Source: a virus
Strand: one strand, 5' to 3'
IMG/VR virus record: IMGVR_UViG_3300017963_000271
Location: 4,026-68,025 of that record
Length of the DNA stretch: 64,000 nt
Made by a program: the position numbers and the translations under genes. Shown piece by piece: positions 8,441 through 18,100 of this stretch. The notes beneath the pieces are model-generated. The model made no database searches. It had not been told where the DNA came from and saw only the letters and a list, made by a program, of their open reading frames with translations. Every line of letters starts with the position of its first letter. The stretch's first letter is position 1.

Positions 8441-9711
8441 TACAATACCTGTAACGGATTATCCAGATTTTCAAGAATCTTACTTTGTACGTCAGCAGCG
8501 GACACGCCTTCCCGTAACACGTATCCACGTGGAATTTTAAAATCAGGATAAAAGGACTGCATCATATTCTTCAAAACAAATTCATCCACAAAACCTAATT
8601 CTATTTTTAAGTCAAAGCGGCCATTCCGCGTAAGAGCCTCATCTAGTTTCTCAATGTGATTTGTTGTCGCTATAAGCACACGGCCATGGCTGGATATGAT
8701 TCCATCGATGGAATTAAGTACATCGCTGAGGTTTGTCAAGCTAAAATCAAGTAAAATTCCTGGTTCCTGCTCTTCAGCTTCGGGCTTGTCTGAACCTTCC
8801 ATAACAGGCGCTTTTTTAGTAGCTCGTTTTGAGTTCTTGTTCCTGGCACTGACGGCGCGTTCAGCATCTATGTCCTCAATCAACACCATAGAATGATCCG
8901 GCAAATCAAACAAGGCTCTATCAATATATGCAAACTGGGAAACAGGAAAGACATACAGATCCACATTGTAGTGTGATGCTAGTGCCTTTACAAGACTCGT
9001 CTTACCACATCCCGGAGGGCCATATAAAATCATGCCGATATGATATGGAAGCCCTTTTTCAAGGTACCATTGCTCATGATCTCTAAAAGAATCGATAAAT
9101 CTTACAATTTTCTCTTTTACGCCACGCTGCAAAAAGATAGTATCGATGTCACGTTTCTTTTGCGTGGTTGAGCGTGCCCAGTAATCTCCTGTATATTTGT
9201 AAAGTAAGAAATCGTTTGTAGTGGTCTCACTCCGACGAATCTCATCAAAAATTTCATCGAACACTTTTCCACTACGACCTAATAAAGAAATTTCAATGGA
9301 ATCACGCTCTATTTGAGCTCGTGCTGAGTCATCTTTTACAAGACTAATAGAGCCAGGTCGCCAACGGTGCATAAAAAAATGTGTACCATAACCAATAGAC
9401 TTAGTGGCATCAGATGAATCGCCCCATTTACCTGAACTTATCTTGAAGGAGCGCAAGTGTTTGTCATAGCCTTTCGCGTTGTACCAATGAAGAAAGTTGT
9501 GAAATGCATCACTGGTGCTGAAGAGCGTTAGTTTTGTGGTACTTTGTTTACGGACAATGCCCCAAATGCGCTGAGGTATATTGCGGGAGAAATACGACAA
9601 CACACCTAAACCCCACAGACTGAAAGCGCCAGCAACAATAGGGTTTTCTTTGGAATAGGCTGCGAATAGTGCTGTATAATGCGTAATTTGGGACATGATC
9701 GCATCAAGCAT
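8413..9711 (-). CDS. BCS1-like membrane AAA+ ATPase
   Basis: N-terminal TM segment; W Y..KGLPY..G..LYGPPGCGKTS, LIEDID, LSDVLNSIDG, TTNHIEKLDEALTRNGRFD. Confidence 0.85.
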   Translation of the reverse strand: MLDAIMSQITHYTALFAAYSKENPIVAGAFSLWGLGVLSYFSRNIPQRIWGIVRKQSTTKLTLFSTSDAFHNFLHWYNAKGYDKHLRSFKISSGKWGDSSDATKSIGYGTHFFMHRWRPGSISLVKDDSARAQIERDSIEISLLGRSGKVFDEIFDEIRRSETTTNDFLLYKYTGDYWARSTTQKKRDIDTIFLQRGVKEKIVRFIDSFRDHEQWYLEKGLPYHIGMILYGPPGCGKTSLVKALASHYNVDLYVFPVSQFAYIDRALFDLPDHSMVLIEDIDAERAVSARNKNSKRATKKAPVMEGSDKPEAEEQEPGILLDFSLTNLSDVLNSIDGIISSHGRVLIATTNHIEKLDEALTRNGRFDLKIELGFVDEFVLKNMMQSFYPDFKIPRGYVLREGVSAADVQSKILENLDNPLQVLYCLGKEEKR

Positions 9712-9943
9712 TAGTATCGTTTCTCCTTCTTTTGCTTCTGTTGCCCAATACGTGCGTGTGCCACTTGCGTAGCCAGGGCTTTAGGAGGAAGATTGCCGAG
9801 AGGACAATAAAGATTGCGAACGCGAAAAGCGACACCATTAGGACTATAGGCGCGGCAACGGTCTTCCATCCAGTACTTACACCCATATTGAATTGCGAGA
9901 TCACAAACTCCCAAGCTTCCATTATCCACCATCGAACCCTCAT
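9704..9943 (-). CDS. Small membrane protein
   Basis: Single hydrophobic helix, basic tail; overlaps the AAA start. Confidence 0.5.
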   Translation of the reverse strand: MRVRWWIMEAWEFVISQFNMGVSTGWKTVAAPIVLMVSLFAFAIFIVLSAIFLLKPWLRKWHTHVLGNRSKRRRNDTNA

Positions 9944-10185
9944 ATAGTAGTTAAAAAATCGCGGCTAAAAGAAGGAAAAAGGCGGCTATCGTCGTAACAT
10001 AAACACCAAGATAAACCATAAAGGCGCGCCAACTCATTTAATCCTCCAAGTATCTCTCAAGAAAGTTTCCATACCAACGCTCAATTTTCTGGACCAACTC
10101 TTCTTTATCCCAGTTATCTTTTGTAGGGTGGTCGCTAATGCGCGCAATAAGTTCGTCCTTGAACGCTCTTGCTGTGGGCTTCATG

Positions 10186-10728
10186 TTAGTCCTCCTTAAA
10201 GCTTGTGATATTACCTCTAGGCGCGCTTTTTAGCAGTTCCCCATGGTCCCTATGAATTCTGTCGAGATATTTCTTTTTCCAGAAGGTATTGGGCATCCTT
10301 TGGATATGATTGACACACTCAAGCAGCAACCGCCTGGCCTCGTCAATATCCCCATTGCCCCTATGCATATTGACCCGGGCCATAAGCGTATCCATCACCT
10401 GGTTGTAATCAGCGAAGAACTCGTCGTCCCGGAGGATGGTAAGCACAGTATCAACCACGCCCGTCACACTGGGGATCGGGCCGCCAATAGCATACAGCCA
10501 GCGAAAATGCCGCACTAGAGCGTGTCTGATGATGTCGCCCTTAGTACGGTATGGATAAGCCTTGGATTGATGAATGGCGTCGAGCTCAGCGGCGTGTGCG
10601 GGCTGACAATTGAACCACATGCGCTGCGTGTGGCCCTTGGTATCCCGCGCCTGTACACGGAAGGATGAGGGATCAACCTCGTTTTTCTCAACCACCTTGG
10701 GCTGGGGGCGTTCTTTATCGTCGGACAT
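10186..10728 (-). CDS. Putative ribbon-helix-helix DNA-binding protein
   Basis: QRMWFNC (beta) - HAAELDAIHQS - YRTKGDIIRHAL is RHH-like; ATG 10728 with GGAGGAG RBS just downstream of promoter P1. Confidence 0.55.
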   Translation of the reverse strand: MSDDKERPQPKVVEKNEVDPSSFRVQARDTKGHTQRMWFNCQPAHAAELDAIHQSKAYPYRTKGDIIRHALVRHFRWLYAIGGPIPSVTGVVDTVLTILRDDEFFADYNQVMDTLMARVNMHRGNGDIDEARRLLLECVNHIQRMPNTFWKKKYLDRIHRDHGELLKSAPRGNITSFKED

Positions 10729-10753
10729 ATTCTCCTCCTCTTGTGCTTCTTTA

Positions 10754-10782
10754 AGTATACTGCGACTACTGTTCAATGTCAA
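10754..10782 (-). promoter_or_regulatory. Sigma70-type promoter P1
   Basis: TTGACA-ttgaacagtagtcgcag (17 nt)-TATACT. Confidence 0.85.
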
Positions 10783-11176
10783 GTGTTTTTTGTAAACGCT
10801 TGATAATACGCTTCATTTCTATGAAATTGCCAGAGCGTTCTCGTTCCTCAGCATCCAAGCCGCGAGAAATAAAGCCGATTAAACGCTCTTTGGTTGTTGG
10901 ATTGTAGATTTTTCTCAGAAGTTCTTCGCGGCGGGCGTTTGCCCATTTCCGCTCTGAAGGAGAGAGATAACCACTGTCAGCAAGCCTATCAATGGCGTGG
11001 AGCTCTTGTTTCGGGGATGGAAATCGCCCTTCTGCGCGGTGCTGAAGATGTCGTGCAATAACGGGTGATCTCGTAGGGCGAGGGTTTTTCGGAACTGTAG
11101 CTGTCTTCTCACGGGTAATGTTGGGTTGGGCATGGGGTCTTTTTGCATGTACCTCCTCCAATAGTAAAGAAGTCAT
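10766..11176 (-). CDS. Hypothetical protein (start and frame uncertain)
   Basis: ATG 11176 after AAGGAG; competing frame 10915-11148 also has a strong RBS. Confidence 0.35.
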   Translation of the reverse strand: MTSLLLEEVHAKRPHAQPNITREKTATVPKNPRPTRSPVIARHLQHRAEGRFPSPKQELHAIDRLADSGYLSPSERKWANARREELLRKIYNPTTKERLIGFISRGLDAEERERSGNFIEMKRIIKRLQKTLDIEQ

Positions 11177-11235
11177 GTAAGTCTCCTTCCTCCTCATAAA
11201 TGAATCGTGATCCATTTTAGAGAAAGAAAATACTG

Positions 11236-11387
11236 CCGTGGCTAAGGAACCGCCGGAATGCAGCCCCTTAACCACGGGGGCATAGTTCAGGACGTCAAGG
11301 GGAGGAGCCCGCCCTTCTAATAGGGAAGTCTCTGCGCCTGATCTCGCTCCCACAACGAGTCTCCACAAGGCGCTGCATGCCGTCCTG
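11236..11387 (-). ncRNA. Putative structured RNA 3' of tRNA-His
   Basis: Nested stems CAGGACG/CGTCCTG, GCGCCT/AGGCGC, CTCG/CGAG, then a long hairpin CCGTGGTTAAGG...CCTTAGCCACGG. Confidence 0.4.
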
Positions 11388-11401
11388 TTTGTGGACTGTC
11401 T

Positions 11402-11476
11402 TGGGGTGGCAGGAGGAAGTCGAATCCTCTAAAACCTGGGCCACAACCAGGTCCCGCACCGTTTGGGTTCTGCCAC
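11402..11476 (-). tRNA. tRNA-His (GTG), atypical
   Basis: Acceptor GTGGCAG/CTGCCAC + C73 + encoded CCA; anticodon arm CCTGG-TTGTGGC-CCAGG; T arm GAGGA-TTCGACT-TCCTC. Confidence 0.85.
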
Positions 11477-11489
11477 ACCCGTATTAAAC

Positions 11490-11578
11490 ACTATATATAC
11501 GTATTCCGAGAGGTCTGTGTCTATGTGCTGGTGTGTTCAAGTGCTGGTGTGCAGGTGTGCACATGTGCACAAGTGCTA
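11490..11578 (-). repeat. 89-bp octamer-array element, copy A
   Basis: 8 x NNNCACNN + ACCTCTCGGAATACGTATATATAGT. Confidence 0.85.
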
Positions 11579-11682
11579 GATATATGTACTAAGTATACCC
11601 ATTAAAAAGGCAATGGCCACGACACACATGATGAACCAGAAAGGCCGGGTATCATCATCTTTAGGATATTTGCCCAAGGGTC

Positions 11683-12195
11683 TCATATCACACCACGCAC
11701 TTTAAGAAGCTTTTCGATACTGATACCAGACACGTAAAATAAAGGCACGCCTACAATAGCAGCGACCAGCAAGGAGATAAGCCATATGGAAGATCCGCTT
11801 AGCGTACCTTTGGAAAGCGCCACAATCACATCGTCAGTCAAGACTATATTGACAATGCGGTATGTCTGCCACATGGCAAAGCCAGTGATAACCCACCGGA
11901 TGCTGGCGCGCCCCAACAGAATAATCCGGCCTATGATAAAGTCCTTGAGATCCAGGGCAGTACCAAACTGCTGATGGGCATAGTCGCGTTGGGCTTGAGA
12001 TTCTCGAAAGGCGGCTTCGATCTTGGCCAGTTCGCCGTCTTGTTCCATTTTGGCAACGGTCAGTTTCACCTGCGCCACGAACTGCGCCTTGTCGAATTCA
12101 AGCTTCTCTTTCTCGCTCTTGTCCATCCATATCTTATCGGCCACTTTCATGCCGGCTTCAATGATGGTATCAACTAAAGGAATACCGAGACTCAT
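11683..12195 (-). CDS. Holin-like membrane protein
   Basis: IIEAGMKVADKIW.DK.EKEK N-terminus typical of 3TM holins; TM helices; lysis cluster. Confidence 0.6.
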   Translation of the reverse strand: MSLGIPLVDTIIEAGMKVADKIWMDKSEKEKLEFDKAQFVAQVKLTVAKMEQDGELAKIEAAFRESQAQRDYAHQQFGTALDLKDFIIGRIILLGRASIRWVITGFAMWQTYRIVNIVLTDDVIVALSKGTLSGSSIWLISLLVAAIVGVPLFYVSGISIEKLLKVRGVI

Positions 12196-12204
12196 AGAAA
12201 CCCC

Positions 12205-13080
12205 CTAATAAAGAAGCTGTGAATAGCGCTTGATGTCTTTATCCACGTAAGCAAAATAGAAATGAAAGGTATAGCCATGTGGATCTGCTGGAGCATAGGC
12301 CCTAGCCACACCAATCAGAACAGGCACACCATTCACATAGCCAAATACCGGTGAGCCGGAATCCCCGGGAATAATGACTGCATCAGTGGTGATATCCCAT
12401 GGAGACAGATAAGAAATCACAAACTTATTGTCGTGATGTGGGCCGTTATACGTAATATGGCCTCTTACCAATTGTAGATCACAATCAAGTTCCCCGTTTG
12501 GCAAGCGCTTATGAACGACTATAGTAATGGCATCGCCCTCGAACAGCCAGTTGCGATCCGGCACCCAGTCATACTGTATAGGCACTAGCTGCTTAGGCTT
12601 AGGCACAAAACGGATGAGCACTACGTCTCTAGCGGTATCTATCCAGTGCACGTAACCAAGTGTCGGCTCATCCTTGTAATCAAATATTAAGATTTGCCTG
12701 TAGATAAGATTAATGGCCGGAGATTGATACACACTGACACCAGACTCAGGCGTTGACACATCGCCCGGCACAACTACGTGTGCAGCGGTTAAGATCATCT
12801 GATCATTCACCACCGTGCCGCTGCCACACTGTTCGAACCAGACAGGGCGTGAATCCCAGATCCACTCATTTTTCTCGATGTCAAAGTCTTTCCGGTAAAT
12901 ACCCTCAGCCACACCCACGGCAACCACTTTCACGTAGGTGTAGTAGGACTGCGCTTGGAGTTGGATGTCTGGTATTGGATGGTTTTTGTCTAATGCCAAT
13001 GCGCCATTGATGCCACCGCCAAGAACTAAGCCAATGGCCAATGCGCTTGCCACTAAAAGTTTTTTGATTGTTCCTACCAT
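12205..13080 (-). CDS. Secreted trypsin-like serine protease
   Basis: Signal peptide; GSG, TAAH, RDV and GDSGSP catalytic triad motifs. Confidence 0.85.
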   Translation of the reverse strand: MVGTIKKLLVASALAIGLVLGGGINGALALDKNHPIPDIQLQAQSYYTYVKVVAVGVAEGIYRKDFDIEKNEWIWDSRPVWFEQCGSGTVVNDQMILTAAHVVVPGDVSTPESGVSVYQSPAINLIYRQILIFDYKDEPTLGYVHWIDTARDVVLIRFVPKPKQLVPIQYDWVPDRNWLFEGDAITIVVHKRLPNGELDCDLQLVRGHITYNGPHHDNKFVISYLSPWDITTDAVIIPGDSGSPVFGYVNGVPVLIGVARAYAPADPHGYTFHFYFAYVDKDIKRYSQLLY

Positions 13081-13091
13081 TGGGTTTCCTC

Positions 13092-13523
13092 CTAGTTATT
13101 TAACAACATCCTGAAACGATTCATATCCCATTTCGTTCCAGGACAAGTCTTATAATCTGCAAACTCCCGGTGCCCAAAGACATTGGATGCCGGGATGTTG
13201 TAGATTTGCATGATATATCTACAAAGCATTAAGCACTTCATCCACTGCTCGTACACAGGAGGCGTGTCATCAAAGTTGCCGACACAGCAGATGCCTATGC
13301 TTTGCGTGTTCATGTTGTGTTGTTTACAGTGAGCGCCATGTTGATCTGGCATGCGGCCCATAAGTATCTCATATTCCTCACCAATTTGCTCAATGCCGAA
13401 ATGGTAGCCAATGTCCGCCCATCCCAGCTCTTTGGTGTGGTAGCGCCGAATAGCACCCCATGAGACTGTTTCACTGTCTTTAGTGAGACTATGATGAATG
13501 ATGATGTACCGCGGATTATTCAT
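13092..13523 (-). CDS. N-acetylmuramoyl-L-alanine amidase endolysin (T7 lysozyme-like)
   Basis: IIIHHS, GWADIGYH, GAHC, SIGIC..GNF, GHRE, KTCPG. Confidence 0.92.
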   Translation of the reverse strand: MNNPRYIIIHHSLTKDSETVSWGAIRRYHTKELGWADIGYHFGIEQIGEEYEILMGRMPDQHGAHCKQHNMNTQSIGICCVGNFDDTPPVYEQWMKCLMLCRYIMQIYNIPASNVFGHREFADYKTCPGTKWDMNRFRMLLNN

Positions 13524-13573
13524 CTTTCCTCCTTATGTGTCTATTGGATCCATCGGCGGTCCTGGCCACGGTT

Positions 13574-13777
13574 TCATAAGGACCTCCATTTCCACCAACA
13601 GGCTATCCTCTCAAGGATCCCCGGGTTGATATTGATTGCTCGTTCCATGCGCTGAAGCTGCAACACACACTGTACATACTCTTGGTCCTCAAGGGCGCGT
13701 TTCTTGGCCAGGCGAATGAAGTAGAACAAGTTCAATATAGCGTCGCGCAATTCTATACATTGCATGAATTTGAACAT
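13574..13777 (-). CDS. Hypothetical protein
   Basis: 67-aa ORF in operon. Confidence 0.45.
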   Translation of the reverse strand: MFKFMQCIELRDAILNLFYFIRLAKKRALEDQEYVQCVLQLQRMERAININPGILERIACWWKWRSL

Positions 13778-13779
13778 GA

Positions 13780-14109
13780 CTAATCTCCATTCTTGATATC
13801 GTCTTGGATATCCTCAATTAAATCTTTGAGCTCCTCTATCAATTCTTTGAGATGTTTGTACCGTTCGGCGTTGATTGCTGCTTCCTTTTCAATGACCGCG
13901 ACCTTCTCCTTTGAAGCATATACCTCATGGATACCAGAAACAGTCGCATACATGTACAAAAGGCCCGCAGCAATAGGTAGACCGACAGTAACAACAGCCC
14001 AGCCCAAAGCAGAACGAGAAACTTTTTTACTGATCTTGTCGCCCATGCTATTAAGCTCGGTTTCATGGTTTTGCACCATTTGGTGACAGGTTTCATCTCC
14101 ACATGACAT
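13780..14109 (-). CDS. TM plus coiled-coil protein (lysis accessory)
   Basis: One TM helix followed by a heptad coiled coil; upstream of endolysin. Confidence 0.55.
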   Translation of the reverse strand: MSCGDETCHQMVQNHETELNSMGDKISKKVSRSALGWAVVTVGLPIAAGLLYMYATVSGIHEVYASKEKVAVIEKEAAINAERYKHLKELIEELKDLIEDIQDDIKNGD

Positions 14110-14230
14110 AGTTACACGCCTCCTTAGTTAGTAGGCGCCTAGTCGTAAGGCCATACGTCGGGCGGCACGATAATAACAAGAATCGCCGCCAGTATACCAA
14201 ACCACAAGCATGTTGCCCAGGCTATAGCCA

Positions 14231-14791
14231 TTATTTCACTCTCTTCAATCCGGGGTCTTTGTCGTCGTCATCCGTATCCTTTATAAAAGGCATCAGGACG
14301 TTGAATTCCATTTGGGCCAGCTCCTTATCCGGGATAGTGTCAAGATCAATGAGCCGCACCTCAACCTCTTCCTCCTCCTGGAGCATTTCCTGAACGCTTT
14401 CAGCATGCTTCTTGAATGCATCTACCACCTCAGGATAATTTTTCTCGAGGTCCTCCAGGGCCTGCTGGAATTCTCCCTGCTTGGCAATAGGCACAACCCG
14501 TTGTGCTGACCCGTCAGGATTTGTCCGCATATTGGGTTTGCCGTCATCCGTGGTGGAGAATTTCTTCTGGATCTCTTCGCGCTCTTTCTGGAAAGTGGCG
14601 TACTTTTCTTTGATGCTCTCCTCCTGAGGATCGAATTTCTGGGCCTCATTCAGCGCCTCTGCGATGGGCTTCAGCAGGTTGCGATTCTTGGCCAAGGCAT
14701 ACTGAAACTTGACCGAGCCTTTTGTGTTGAGCTGAGATAACAGATTGAAAGTGCTGATGATTTCGATGTTTCTCATACGAATTTTTGCCAT
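14231..14791 (-). CDS. Helical protein, DUF1617-like (possible tail-fibre chaperone)
   Basis: KFQYALAKNRNLLKP...LQEEEEVEV pattern common after tail fibre genes. Confidence 0.5.
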   Translation of the reverse strand: MAKIRMRNIEIISTFNLLSQLNTKGSVKFQYALAKNRNLLKPIAEALNEAQKFDPQEESIKEKYATFQKEREEIQKKFSTTDDGKPNMRTNPDGSAQRVVPIAKQGEFQQALEDLEKNYPEVVDAFKKHAESVQEMLQEEEEVEVRLIDLDTIPDKELAQMEFNVLMPFIKDTDDDDKDPGLKRVK

Positions 14792-14849
14792 AGACTGCCT
14801 CCTCTTTTTAGGGTTTAGTGTTTCTTATCCGTTCTTCTTGCTTATTCTT

Positions 14850-14878
14850 AGTATAGCGAGATCACTGTTCAATGTCAA
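14850..14878 (-). promoter_or_regulatory. Sigma70-type promoter P2
   Basis: TTGACA-ttgaacagtgatctcgc (17 nt)-TATACT. Confidence 0.85.
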
Positions 14879-14890
14879 GAGATTTCTTCG

Positions 14891-15154
14891 TCAAGAAATT
14901 TCTTTGTCAAGCGTTTTTTCAGGAGCCTCGGCCGGCATGACTTTTTTGAGCTCCTCTAAGTCAGCGATCTGTTGCTGCCGCATAGCAATATAGTAATCGA
15001 TCTGCTCCCGCGTCATGTCTTCGGTCTGAGGGGTTTCCTCGTCACCAGTGTTAGGATTATACCTCTTGCGTGTTACCTTTACGGAATCATTCGTGTCCTC
15101 ATAGGACACATCGACGTGACCCGCTGCTATCAACTCTTTTAATGTCTTTGCCAT
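14891..15154 (-). CDS. Tail-fibre-associated small protein
   Basis: 87 aa directly after the fibre gene; RBS. Confidence 0.55.
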   Translation of the reverse strand: MAKTLKELIAAGHVDVSYEDTNDSVKVTRKRYNPNTGDEETPQTEDMTREQIDYYIAMRQQQIADLEELKKVMPAEAPEKTLDKEIS

Positions 15155-15163
15155 TTCTTCCTC

Positions 15164-18100
15164 CTATTCACAAATCATAACTTTACGATCATTCCCGGCC
15201 TCATCTTTTATGGTGATATAGCCAGCAAATGCTTCTGAAACCTTGGCTGCATAAGTACCAAAACAGACTACGCCAGCCCCTCCATCTATTTTAAACAGGT
15301 CGGTATTGTTACTGGGACCTATAGTAAGATCATCCTCAACAATGGTAAAGCGATAGTTGTCAATGGTTGTATCATGGTCGGCAGAAGTATACATCCAGAT
15401 AATCCCACCATTCGTCTCTCCGCCTTCATCACCATAAATGTACAACTGTCCTCGTTGACTGTCATTTATGCCGAGTGACATTGAACCATTTCCGAATAAC
15501 GCAACCCCGTTAGCACCGGCAGATTGTACGTATAAATCCCCATCAGTTAAATAAAGGTCTTTGTTGCTGTCCAGCTTCAGGGCATCCGTGTCCGTGTTTG
15601 GGCCAATGAGGAGATCATCCTCGACTATCTGTATACCGTAATACGAAATAGTAGCATCATCGTCTGCGCCCAAATGGAGCTTGATAACTCCGCCATCTGC
15701 GCCTGTCCCCCCACCGTACAGGGTGAGAGTGCCCACAGTAGTATCGTCCGCACCTACGTAAAGAAGCCCTGTACCTGAGATGGAAAGATCCTGCGTGAGA
15801 ACCACATCTCCATCGGCCTCAATTTGAATAGCATTCGGATCGCTTATTGTGCCTATGTATCCAGCATCTGGGAGTATCAGGTTCCCGCCAAGGGTAACAT
15901 CTCCTGTGAAATAGGCATCGAAAGGAGAGAGGTATAGAGATACTGAATCTACTCCTGCGCCGAGTTCCAGAGGTTTATAGACCTCGAAGGTGTAGGAGGA
16001 GCCATTGTAATTAAATCCGTCCTCTATATCCGCCCAACTCTGCGTTGCGCTCCCCTTGGCCTGGACTATGCGTATGCCGTCTGTGGCGCAGTCGGTGACT
16101 TCTTTGACTGAGATGTTATCAAAATATATCGTTCCACCAGATTCGGCTTCTGCGTACGATGCGATCCTAAGATCAACTCCTGCATCCCATACCACAATGT
16201 AAATGCTATGAGATACCCATTCATCAGTTGCCGGGTCAGGAGCAGAGGTTGGGATAGCAGCACCACCCGCTCTAAAATAAACCTTATAATCTGACTCTGT
16301 TCCAGCTTTAACGAAATAAGTGATTTTGTATAATTTACCCACTTCCAATGTAAGTGCTTTCCTGAAATAAGCTGGATAACCACTGCCAGTCGTTAACTCT
16401 AAACAATATCCTGTTTCCCCTCCTGCTACACTTGCTATTGAGCCATTTATGACTACCCATCCTGTCGTATTGTCTTGGTCATCATCAGGATCGGTACAGC
16501 ATGAAGTAGGCGCTAATTGGCTCCCCAGCGTCTCCCCGCCGCCTGCAACGTCCATGTAGCCCTTGGCGATCTTGCCTGCTGAGTCGTGGACTTCGATGAA
16601 ATAGGCATTGTCGGCATCGGCATAAGGAGAAAGGTCAACTCCTTCGACGCGGAAGAATGCTTGGTTATCAGCAAGACTTAGGCCATGATATACTGGCCCC
16701 CAGGAAGCACCAGTTTCATCTTCCTGCTCTTCATAAGCAAAAACATTGCCGGAAGACAATCCAGTAAAAGTAGGAGATGCAGAAGTCCTAATATCTTGTA
16801 TCGTATCAAGCGTAGTTGTCGTTATTGCAATACTATTCCCCACACCCAACCACTTCGATACGGTTTCAGAATCATCCCAGAAGAGGATTTTATCCGCTCC
16901 AGGGTCAGTGAGAGATTCTAATCCAAGGTGTGATAGTGATACAGCATCTGCGCTTACTGTAATTCCAGTACCAGCACCGACTGCGAAGGTCCTATTTGCA
17001 GAGATATCTCCGCCACCAGTTAGGCCATCCCCAGCGGTTAGGGTTACACTAGTATGATCTATGTGCTCGTTGGCAACGAAGTCACTGAAACCATCATGCT
17101 CTGCACCACCGGATACGGCATAATACGATCCGTGCTGACCATCCAGTAAATCAGCATTGAGATTTGTGACTACTGTTGTAGAGGTAATCGTCATTGGAGC
17201 AGTACCAATGGCTTGAGACAAGGTAAGGGCGACGAAAGTAGGACTTGCTCCCGTATGAATATCTTGAGGTGCCGAGAGTGTAATCGTGCCATCACCATCG
17301 TTGGCCACGGTTATGCGATTAGAGGTACCAGCAACCCAGGAGGCGAGATCAGCAACAGACTCCAATGCACTTCCTGCACCTGTCGCCACAAGCCTAGAGG
17401 CTGTAAGCCCGGACAACGTGAGTCCCGTAAATGTTGGAGAGGATCCGGTAGCTATGTCTTGTTCCAAGGATATGGTAGCTGTGCCGTCTCCATCGTCCCC
17501 AACGCTTACTTGATTAGCCGTGCCTGCAAGCCACGTTGTCAAGTCGGCAACCGACTCCAACCCCTTGCTGGCATCCGCTGCCACGAGCCGCGACGCCGTG
17601 AGCCCAGAAATGGCTGTGATGTTGCCGGTAACTGAGATGCCTGTGTTGGCGACAGTAAGGTAGGCTGTACCGCCTATCTCCAGGGTAAGAGAACCTGATG
17701 CGCGGTTAACACTCCCAGCAGTCAGTTCTCCAGTACCAAGAGACAGCGCTGAGAAGGAGGGAGAATTGGTCGTGGCCACGCCCTGATCCATGGCGCCCAC
17801 ATATCCCCACTGTGTATTGGTGATCGTCACTGCATTTATATTCTGTAGCTGGGATAATTCCGAGGAGGTAAGAATATCGTCAAGCGTCTCGAGGGCTGCC
17901 TGTACGGTAGTATCCGCAGCAGAGAGGAAATTGTTGAAGTTGGTGACATCCACATTGATACTACCTGCGATGCTGGCCCCCTGTTCTTCCATGGAGGCCA
18001 CAAAGTCTTCGCGGTAGTAAGTTACTTCATCATTGGAGGAGAGTTCATACCAGTACCACACATAGAACGTGACTTCATTTCTTGGGGCGTAGTCAAGCGT

